This document shows positions 28,201 through 40,200 of a stretch of DNA of 64,000 nt, one piece after another (position 1 is the stretch's first letter; every line of letters starts with the position of its first letter). The notes beneath the pieces were generated by a model, which had not been told where the DNA came from, ran no database searches, and saw only the letters and a program-made list of their open reading frames with translations. The translations under genes were made by a program, and so were the position numbers. The stretch spans positions 37,758,001 to 37,822,000 of the forward strand of contig NC_092345.1 of assembly GCF_963676685.1 (NCBI RefSeq), given 5' to 3'. The stretch is from Mytilus edulis (Eukaryota).

Positions 28201-31200
28201 TTCATTATGTTTGTTCTGTATATGTATTTGCCATAACCAAAATTGTTTTTTTGTTTGTTTTGCAAATAAAGAATTATTATCAATAATAAAAAAAAATACA
28301 ATTCCTTGGTTGAACAGATATACTAGAGAGGTTTAGCAAACGTCCGTGTGCGTGAACGCGTACGTGTAGAACAGAAGTACACGTACCCGTAAGTTTTCAT
28401 TATGCCACGGTGTGTTTAGCAAAGTAGTACGTATACGTGTACGTGTAAAAGACGTAATGCAAAATATTATCTCATTGGTTGAAAGCAAAGAATAGTTGCC
28501 AATAAATGTCTTTGTTATATGTTTGATAACTATGGCGGAAAACTTGAAAGTGTTAGCAGCTTTAGAAGACTCCGATGAATTACTGCTTTTGTCATTATGT
28601 AAAGAGGAAAAGAGCAATTTTCCAGGTATAGAAGTTGAAAAACTTACAAATGAACAGTGTCGATCTTTTTTTAGATTTGATAAAGATGATATTGAAATTC
28701 TTCGTCGCGCCCTGCGTATACCAGAGAAAGTTGTATGTAGTAATCGCACCACGGCAAGGGGTATTGATGGACTTTGCATGGTATTACGACGACTTGCCTA
28801 CCCTTGTCGCCTTGAAGATCTAGAATATATATTTGGCAGATCAAAAACAGAACTTTCTCTCATTATCAATGAAGTTCTCGATTTCATACATGACAATCAT
28901 TGTCATCTTCTTTCAGACTTCGACATGAGTTGGCTCTCACAAGAGTGTTTAGAACGTTTTGCAGGTGCGGTTTTCGATCGTGATGGGCCTTTAGATAGCT
29001 GCTGGGGTTTTATCGACGGTACTGTTAGACCAATATGCAGACCACAGGAAAACCAAAGACTTGTGTTTAATGGCCACAAAAGGTCACATGCCTTGAAATT
29101 TCAAAGCATTGTTACCCCTAATGGGATCATCTCAAACTTGTTTGGTCCCATAGAAGGGCGTCGACATGACGCAGGAATGTTACGTGAAAGTGACATTTTA
29201 GCACAAATGAGGGTGCATATGACAACTCCACAGGGGCGAATATTTTGCATCTATGGTGACCCGGCATATCCGGTGACTGATGGATATATAATTGCACCAT
29301 TCAGAGGCGGAGTCATCTCCAGGAATCAAATGATTTTCAACAAAAGAATGTCAGCAGTACGCATTTGTGTGGAGTGGGCTTTTGGGAAAGTTTTGTCATT
29401 ATTTGCATTTCTAGACTACAAGAAAAATCTAAAGTTATATCTGCAACCCGTGGGAAAGTATTACAAAGTAGCAGTTCTACTGACAAATTGCCATACCTGT
29501 CTTTATGGCAGTGAAACCGGGATATTTTTCGATGTATCACCACCAACATTAGAGGACTACCTATTGGGCTGATAATTTTCCCAATGTTTCCAGATGGCAA
29601 ATAATTATCGTTATTGCTTTTTAATCATTTTGACGTTTCATTGAAGAGCTGATAAAAATTAAATGTTAAGTTTGTCTTAAATTTGTTAAATAGTTTTAAA
29701 AAAAACCCAAACAATTATCATATACTTGTTGTTGCCTTTTGTGTTCTTTGTATATTCCTAAAGATGACATATAGTTTACTTTTGCGGCAACTCTTAAAAA
29801 TAAGATGTTTCAGCCATATTTAATTGTACCTTGTCTGATCATGACTTTTGTGCTGACCAAGTTTTGTTACTGACAACACTTTTAGGTTAATGACACATTA
29901 CTGATAATACCCCTAGGCTAGTGCCAAATTAATGACAACACCCCTAGGCTAGTGACATGTTACTGACAACAGCCCATGGCTAGTGAATGACACATTACTG
30001 ACAACACACCTAGGTTAGTGACACGTTGTGTGAGAAATGTAGAGGGGGTCTTACTTTAGCAAGAAGCAAAACCTCATTACCCTTACAGAACAACAAATAT
30101 CATTCCTGTTTTTCATGCTCCTTGATTTCCATTTGTTTTTAGTTTAATACGTATTGAATATAAAAAAAATGTACGATTGCCAATGAGACAACTCTCCACA
30201 AGAGACCAAAATGACGCAGAAAAAAATTAACAACTATAGGTCACTGTTCGGCCTTCAACAATGTGCAAAGCCCCTATCACATAGTCAGCTGTAAAAGGCC
30301 TCGAAATGACACTGTAAAACAATTCCAACGACAAAACTAATGAGTCCTTGTGTGTCTTGTTGAAAGGCTTTTCTTTTTGAGAATTGATTGACCTTGTTTT
30401 AATATCATTTCGGTTGTCTACTTCTCTTTTGACATACTCGCATAGTTCGATGATTCATAGTACTACACATATTACAATTCGGAAACCGTGGCGGATCCAG
30501 AAATTTTCATAAGTGGAGGCCCACTGACTGACCTAAGAGGGGGCCCGCTCCAGTCACGCTTCAGTGATTCCCTATATAAGCAACCAAATTTTTTCCCAAA
30601 AAGGGGGGGGGCCGGGCCCCCTGGCCCCCCTCTAAATCCGCCTCTGGGAAAGAATGTAGATAGGTATCTCTTGGTTTATCATCTTATAAGTAAGCAACAT
30701 GTAATACCACTATCAAAACTAGAACTGTGATTAAAATATTTCAGGAAACCTCCGGCCCAACCCTTTTCTCAAATTAAAATTACTAGAGTGATTTCTTCTT
30801 TATGCATACCAGTCATGGCCACACAGTAAACCACATTAAGACACTTTTAACATATATCATTGCACTATCTTACCAGTAAAATTGATTATCTCCCTTTTAA
30901 CATTTACAACCGTGGGTAAAACAACAAATATTATAAGATACAAATTTTCATAATAAGTTGTGTTAATATATTTATTATGTTTGATGATTTGAAATATGGC
31001 TTCTCTATTAATGTCTGTCACCTAAACATTTTTTCAGCAGCTCAAACATAAGTGTTTTTTCTTGTTTGTCATTTTCCAATTTCTGCATCCTTTCATGTTT
31101 CTCTAGTTTGAACTTTTCCTCCTCCAATTGAAGTTGCTGCTTTTTTAACTTCAAGTTCTTGCCTTCTATATATCAACTCGGCATCATTTTTTTCTTTTAG

Positions 31201-34200
31201 ATATCCAACTATATTCCCGGAACTGTGTCTCTTTGATGGGGTGGCATCGTTAGAATCATCATCACCTGAAATATAGACATAATTTGTTAAAACATGTGTA
31301 AGGTTTTGGGCTTTCAAATAGTTGGTCCACGAGTATCATTGGAGACAAAAGAGACATTAAATTTTGGACCATTGTTATGATGTTTATAAAATTTAGAATG
31401 GTATTGGGGGAATATGTGAAAGAGACAACAACTCTACCAAAGAGCAGATAACAAAGTTTGGAACAAACCAGCTACAGCCTGAGCCTATACTCTCAGTGGT
31501 GATTGTTCCTTGACGTTCGAGACTTAATGGCCGTCTTAAACTATAGATATGTTTACTTGCTGACTGTGTCATCTCTGTATATCACATGCTATATATATAT
31601 AATAAGGAAGATGTGGTATGATTTCAAATGAGACATTAAAATTAACAACTATAGGTCACCGTAGGGCCTTCAACAGAGAGCAAAGCCTATCACAAATAGC
31701 CAGTTTTAAAATGCCCTGAAATGAAATATGCTGTTACCCGCCTATGCGCTATGCCATTTGTCCTTGAATTGACGAAATACATAGTTACTTACCACCCCTC
31801 CCCTTCCTCAATAAATAAAAGCAACCTGTAAAAGATATAGTAACTATTATTTGAACACTACACAAATAGCTCATGTTATAAGATAAGAAGTATGTACCTT
31901 TCTTAGGAGTTAAGTTTTCCATTGCTCTTTTTCTAATTTCTTTTCCCCGATTTTCTTCTGTTTCCTTTTTCTCTTTCTGTTTTTCTTTCTGTTTTTCCTC
32001 ATCCTCCACCAATGAAAGAATTTCATCCAGTAAAGTTTCTTTCTCTCCATACTCTTCATCAATCCCTGAACTGGAATAATAATATAAAGTTGTTATAAAA
32101 TTAACAAGAACACTGACGTCACATGCAAATTTTGTAAAAAAGAAATGTTTTTTTTCGAATTCATGTTTTCCAAATAGATTTATAAGTATTTCAAAATTTA
32201 GTTATAATATAAACATTGCTATGATTTTTTATATTTAACATTTTATTTTTTTTATTTCACAGTTCATGAAGACTTGATAATACCATAATTAGTATAAACT
32301 AACATATTAGAATCTGACAATTGCAAAATCTGTTTGCAACATTTCAAATTGTACCAACTTATTTGTAAAAAAATAACTACACACAAATGGAAGTATGGCT
32401 GCATATGATATACATTTTAAAACAGACTTGATTGCACTTAAGATTGCTTTAGTGATTTCTGAGGAATAAGGAGAGGGAAGCAGCAGTCAGGCGGAAGGGA
32501 TCTCGAGAGAACGGATAAGAAAAAAGGCTGAAACACTTTCTACCTTGACAAATGCTTGAATAAATTATAAAATGGTTATAAACTTAAAAGCATAAATACC
32601 TCTTCAACGAGTCAGCATTGCTTTTTTTATGATCTATCAGCAAATGTGTTCTCTCCCGGACGCGTCTTGCATCCACCTGCAGATTAGATATGGTATCTGC
32701 TACGGCTGATGCTATCTCGTTCCAGGCAGACTTGTTCTGAAATGGATTTTTAGCCAGGACCTCTCTCAGTAGTACCAGGTCATCTTTTGTCTGGAATTTT
32801 TTTCTACTGCCACTAGTGAAAGATGTCATATTTGCAGTTCCTAAAAAGGGAAAAACACATTTCAAGAGTTACAAAAATAGTTGATCAACCCCCCTTTTCA
32901 CTGAAATAAAAAATATTTAAAGCACCAAAAGCAGGGCTTCTCCTTAATAGTTTAGATCTGCAAGTATTTCAAGACTCTTATGAATTTGCATGTCTCTCAT
33001 TCAATCGTAAAAGACACAATTTGACAGCATCATTAGTTCACGCACCTGCTCACGCCCCCCATTTTTTTAACAAACTTAAAATCAGTGAATTTGCTTCTTG
33101 AAATGATTCCAAACTGCAGAACTATTCGTCGCCGAACATGTTCACTATAGGGTAACTATAAAATAATTTTAGAAGTTATTATAATGTAATTTTTGGATAA
33201 TTGAAAAACCTTCAATATGCCGCCATTTTCCGTCAAATACGTCCCATATTCACGTTCCATCCTGATGTCATAGAAACGTTTTAATGACTCAAAATACTTT
33301 TAATACTTCAAGTATATTCTATTGTTCCTGTACATATTCAATTTTATTCACGAATATATGTGTTTTAAGAAAAATAATCCACAAGTTCTTACCTTCGTGT
33401 AGCCGCCGCTTTACAAGTTGTCCCTGACTTGTACGTTTCACCGCCATGCAAAATCGATGACGTAATACGCAGGAAATTGGGTGGTTTCCCTAGCCACACG
33501 TACACGCACACGTACAAGTTCCGATGCTAAACCTCTCTAATATCATATATGAAACATAATTTTATATACCATATGTGGCAGAGTCATATTTGATTGATAT
33601 ATCAAATATGATATTGATGATATTAATTTTATTGGAGTGTTTGATAGTTTGGTTACTCATTGTTTCTATTTCTGGCACTATTGTTCTAGTATCATTCTCT
33701 TTTCCCTTTGGTGAACCTCTTTTCTTTCATATCATTTTGGAGGGAAAATTCTAACCTTTTGATTGGTCAATCTTTAGGCCAAAGGTCTTACTATATGTTT
33801 TCATTGTTTCTGGTAGATTTATACTGCAGACATATTGGAATGTAGTGAAAATTACCTGCTTGTTATATTCAATTCTGACATTGATGATATTTGTATTATA
33901 ATTCTTGGATTCTCAATATTCTTATATTCAGGTCAGTTGATTAACCTTATTTCTAATTAACAAACTAATAGTATGTCATTTTAATACTTTGTGAAAGGAT
34001 TGATTGTATGTATTGAATGGAGGAATATTTGGAGTATGAAAGAGTAAAAGATTAAATCATTTTATAAAAACACAGAGTCATATTAAACATTTTAATATAA
34101 AACATTCTAGTACTTTAAATATTATAAAGTTACAATAAAAGTGAAAGACAGATAAATTTGGAATTTGAATAATACAGAACTCTGAAACTACATATTTTGG

Positions 34201-37200
34201 ATGTAGTTGTATATTTTATTTAATTGGTGAAATAGTCCTGCCACTGGACTTATGAATGTTATATTTGTATTTATTCAGGATATGGATTGATACCTTATCA
34301 AGTTGTCAAATGAGTAGTGCTCAGATTTTAATGTACACAGCACTGTGATATTCCAGCTAGTACACTGACCTTTGTACCATATACATGGTAAGCATTGTGT
34401 TCTATGTTGTTTATTTGTAATGTCTGTACTGTCTATGTTTTATTCAAGTAATTGTCTGTTTATGTGAAGTGTAGTTTATGTAATATCTTTATGTTGGTCA
34501 GAATTTGTATACTTTGTATACAAATATATTTATTAAATGGACAACTCATTAATAGATTTGAGATGTATATTATTATTAATTATTATGAGATACATATGAA
34601 TATTGTATTGGAAAGTTAACCAAAGAGTTGGATTTGAGTGCTTTTAGGACTTATTTCAGTATATAGATATCTAAAGGAATAAATATGAATTGTAGTTATT
34701 CCCCTTTGCCCATATGTTATATGTACTGTCTTGTCATGTGAATATTTATTATTTGTTATTATATGTTGTAGGGTCTTAAATATTTGTGTATTAAAAGAAC
34801 AGAACCCTAGAATAGTTTTCGTTGTATTTGACCAGAAAATACCCCGTTACATTTGGCGCCCAACGTGATTTACCATTTGGAGCCTCACAGAAGCTGTGAC
34901 CTGGAATGAACCGTGAACCGGAAGTGATTGTTTCACACATGGAAAGATGAGAAAAACAAGACAGTTTCATAATATTGTTGTGAACTTTTATGCTTTTGCA
35001 TTGTGTATTTAGTATTTGTGATTGAAAGACATACTTAATTGGTGAGAATATATATTCCCCTACATATTTGTGTTTACATAGTACACATTGAGTGAAAGTA
35101 CATGTAGTAAAAACTTGAAACATAATCAGCTGTTGAAATCCAAAATTGAAAACTGCATAGTTTGTAAACATAGCATTTGCTTGTTTACTGTATTACACCA
35201 GTATATTTGGTTGACTTGACATTTCATTGAGCAATATATAGTAAGATATAGGACTTATACAGTAAGCTCACAGAATTTCATTTGTTTGTTTGCATGTTTA
35301 TTGTTCTTTGACTTGTTGATATTCAACATAGTATTAGGCAGTGAAATAGAAAGCTGATACATACTTTGTTGTCGTTTACAGTCAAGCAACGCATTTCATA
35401 GTACATTGTGTGTATATCTTGTGTTTGTATTGCATGTTTGTATTTGTGTTTAACATTGTGTTGTCCTTGTGTTGTGTAAATTAATTTTGTGTATCATATT
35501 ATTCTACTTTTATATTATTGTGTGACCTTGACATTAGTGTACTTTGTGTCTCAGTACAGGTGTACTAGAATATAGGCTGACTGTTTACATAGAAGTTAAT
35601 ATTATTTTTTTTTTAATTTTCTTTTATTTAAACTTAAACTTTGTTTGATAAATAGGGATTTGATTAGGTTAGGCACTTAGTATAATTGTGTGTATGCGTC
35701 TGTGATTGGTTTGTTTGTACTTTGAGAATGTGATACCTACCTATTACGTTACTTACAGTTTAGATACTAATCCCTTCTCATACTTTACTGTTTGGTACTA
35801 CCTGACACTTAGTTGATTTATTGTGATTGGACAGTTGTACTTTTCGTACTTGAGTTGATACTTTACTTGGAACTTTAGTCTTTACTGACTTGTGCTTTTG
35901 TAAGCTATTTAAGCAGTTACTTGTTACACTTTACTTGGAGTTGCTTAAAGTTCAGTGTGATTTATTTGAAGTTATAGTATTACATTATATGTGTTGAGTG
36001 TTTAATAAAAGTACCGAAGCCCTTTTCAGGTGCATCAGTATTAGTATAGTATTTATTTTATGTGTGTAAACAGGTAAGCGAGACAGATTGTATTGTGAGT
36101 CGCACATTATATTTGCGACACATAGGTTATATGTGAGATATAACATTGAGCGATACATACATGGTATATTGAGTGATACATACATGGTATATTGAGTGAG
36201 ACATATAGGTTAGGTATATATAGAACTTTAGTATACATGCTTTAGTTATATATATTATTTACTACACTACATTATCTATACATTTGTTGATACTTACTGG
36301 GTATATATATATTTTTTTTTTCTTCTTATGTTTATTGGGTAAGGGGAGATAATTAATATATTACATTTATATCTTTTGTAGATTGGTTTGATTTGATATC
36401 AAGGGAGATAATTCTAATACACTTTATTTTTTTGTAGATTGTTACAGTTAGTTTCATATTCAGGGGAGGTAATTCATTGTATACATTTATTTACTCAGGT
36501 ATTAGTTTAGTATTTCACCTTACTAAAGGGAAATAACTCATACTATTTTGCTATTTTACATTACATTTACTGATTTATAGTAAGTTTACTTGATAGTTAG
36601 TTGTTGACTTCATTTGAGTTTTTTTTTTTCATTTCTCATTTTCTTATTTATACTTTTTCATTTATTTTTTTTGATTCGATATTGATTACATATTAGATTT
36701 CATTTGATATTCTGTATTTATAAGCTTATTACTATTCTTTTTGTGTATTTTGTATTTACATTTTCTACTGATTAGTATTTATAATTGTAATTTATTTCAG
36801 ATTATTTCTTTCATTCTTGAGATTTGATATATTACTTTGAGATATATTCTTTGTACATTACATTAATTTTCATTAGTATATTTTCTCATTTAGTCTATAC
36901 TTTATATATATTATTTTCTTTTCAGACATTTGATTTTGATTCAGTTTTGACTGATATTTATTTTGCTCTTTATTTTACACCTCTAGGTGTTTGTCTATTT
37001 AGTACTTAGTACATTTTTTTTTTTCTCTTCTCTTTATTTCTTTATTTACACCTGTTGGTGTTTTCATATTTATACTTAGTAGTAGGTTACTTGAATTATA
37101 GGTATTTGTAGTTTCAACTTACATTTTCTTGAACAACACTAGGAATTATTTATAGAACAGGATATATATACATACACCGTCATCATGAGCGGATTTGAGG

Positions 37201-40200
37201 ACCTTGCTAAGGCATTGCAATCCTTAGGAGAAAAACCTGAAGACATACCACAGAACATAAAGGATTTAATGTCATCATTAGTTAAGGAGGATAAATCTGA
37301 CGTAAAAGCAGGAATAAAACCAACATCTATCTACGTCAACCCACCAAGATTACCATTCTTTTCGGGAAAGGATAAGTTAGGAGGTGGAGAAGTAACATAT
37401 GATTTGTGGAGATATGAACTAGTATGTCTTATCAACGACAAAACCCACAGCAAAGAGTTGATAACTCAGTCAGTACGAAGATCATTGAAGGATCCAGCAG
37501 GAAAAGTAGTGATGCGTATTGGTCCACATGCAGAATTATCAGCAATATTAAAGAAGTTAGACAGCGTATTTGGTGTAGTAGAGGAGAAGGAATCTGTCAT
37601 GCGAGAATTCTACAATGCCACTCAACATGAAGATGAAGATATATCTGCATGGAGTTTTATATTAGAAGATATATTGGAGAAAGCTATACAGACGGAGAAA
37701 GTTAAAAGATCTGAAGCAGATGAAATGCTACATGACATGTTATGGAAAGGATTACGCCAGAATTTGAAAGCTATCAGCCATTACGAGAAAGAGAAGTATA
37801 CAACATTTGATTCTTTGCGTGTTGCCTTACGTAGGATAGAGAAGGATAACATTTTAGATATGCCTACATTGAAGACTACAACAAAAGGAACATCAAAGAA
37901 GGCAATCACCAAGCTTAAGAATACTGATGATGATGATGATAAGGATGATTATGATGAACAAGAGGAAGGTTTTACAGGATTCATGAATGTAATAACAACT
38001 AGATTAGACAGAATTGAAACTGGTATGCAGCAACATCAAAATCAGAACTTGTACCAAGATCAAAGTAGAGGAAACTATAGAGGAAATAATTATAGAGGAA
38101 ACTATAGAGGCAATAGTTATAGAGGAAACTATAGAGGAAATAGTTATAGAGGAAATCAAAGAGGTAATTACCAAGGTAATTATACAACAGGTAGAGGTTA
38201 TGGTCAAGGATATGAGAAACAGCAACCCGCATTTGAAGGACAGCAACCCACATATGACAGACAGAGACCTATATACTGTAGGAAATGTGGTCAAGAGGGA
38301 CATTTTGCGAGAGGATGTGCCAATAAGTCGAATCAGTTCCAGAATTTAAACTCCAGGGAGTCTACGCCACGGGGCGGGATGTAGACAGTTTTGATAGCAG
38401 CCCCATACAGCAGATTTGTAGAAGTACAGCAGCTAATAAGATACCACCTGGACTTTGTGGTTCACCGACTGAAACAAAAGTTACTTTGGAAGGAATAGAA
38501 TCAACCTCTTTATTAGACACTGGATCAACCGTTTCTACAGTAAGTAAGTCATTCTACAACCAGCATCTTCAACATATACCGATACAGACTTTTAGTCAAC
38601 TACTAAAGATTGAATGTGCAGATGGTGAATCGTTACCTTATATTGGATATATAGAAGTGGATTTATATATTAAACAGCTAGATCAACACCACACTTGTAT
38701 ATTTTTGGTTGTTCCTGACAGTGAATACAACTCAGCTGTACCACTCCTACTGGGTACCAACTTACTAACAAACATCATGGATAGTTGCCGTCAACAACAT
38801 GGAATTAAATTTTTACAGTCTGCTAAGTTAACCACACCATGGTATACATCATTCCGCTGTATTATTTTGAGAGAGAAAGAGCTACAAAGGAACAAGAATC
38901 AATTGGCAGTCATTAAGAATGCAGAACAGAAACCGATAACCATACCACCGAATTCCAACATATGTATAGCTGGTTACATTGATAAAGCGTTACCATATCA
39001 TTCAACATCAGCCATGGTACATCAAACATTGCAGTCAGTCATACCACATGATTTAGATATTGAACCATCTTTAATTAGTTACAAATATGGAATCAGCCAA
39101 CGAATAGATGTGAACATCAGCAACATAACAACTAGAACTGTTACTATTCAACCTAAGTCAGTGATTGCTGAATTACAACCAGTAGATATTCAAGACCAGC
39201 CTGATTTATCTAATACAGATTTTACCACACCACTTTTGGAACAAGTAAAGATTGATGTAAAGAATTTGTCATCTGATGAACTTGAGAGAGGAAAGAACTT
39301 CATAACATCATACAGCGACATCTTTTCGAAGTGCGACATTGATGTTGGACATACACATCTGGTACAACATGAGATTGAACTTGACGATACCCATCCTTTT
39401 AAACAGAGATATAGAAGCATACCACCAGCTATGTATGAGGAGGTAAAGGCTCACATTCACCAGTTGTTGAGAGCAGGGATTATAAGGAAGTCTCACAGCC
39501 CTTATTCATCAAATGTAGTACTCGTCAAGAAGAAAGATGGCTCTCTTCGCATGTGTGTGGATTTTCGTCAGTTAAACAACCATACGAAAAAAGATTCATT
39601 TGCTTTGCCACGTATAGAGGACATTCTAGACCGCTTAGCAGGGAATAAGTACTTTACTGTCATCGATATGAAAAGTGGATACCATCAGGTCGAGATATTG
39701 GAAGCACATAAGGAAAGAACAGCATTTACTGTAGGACCACTTGGATTGTATGAATACAACCGCATGCCATTCGGTTTGACGAATTCACCAGCTACTTACC
39801 AACGTCTCATGCAAGAATGTCTCAGCGATTACCATATGAACATCTGTTGTATTTTTATTGATGACGTCATTATTTTTGCAGACTCCTATGAAGAACATCT
39901 TAAGCGATTGAAGTTAGTATTTGATAGAATCCGAGAAGCAAACCTGAAGTTATCACCTGGGAAATGCTCATTCTTCATGCCACGAGTTAAGTATGTTGGC
40001 CACATAGTATCCAAAGATGGTGTAGAAACAGACCCAGAGAAAATAGATAAAGTGATGTCTTGGCCTACTCCAACTACACCAGAGGAAGTTCGACGGTTTA
40101 TAGGATTCGCTGGTTATTACCGTAAATTCATTATGAACTTCAGCCAGATAGCAAGACCATTGACTGATCTTATGCCAGCACCAAAGCCAAAATCAGGAAA

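Larger units (their letters stand above)
28325..33538. mobile_element. Full-length PIF/Harbinger-superfamily (PHIS) DNA transposon with two convergent genes
   Basis: 14-bp TIR AGAGAGGTTTAGCA...TGCTAAACCTCTCT with flanks ACT / AAT. It encloses a DDE transposase on + and a spliced Myb/SANT-like gene on -. Confidence 0.9.
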
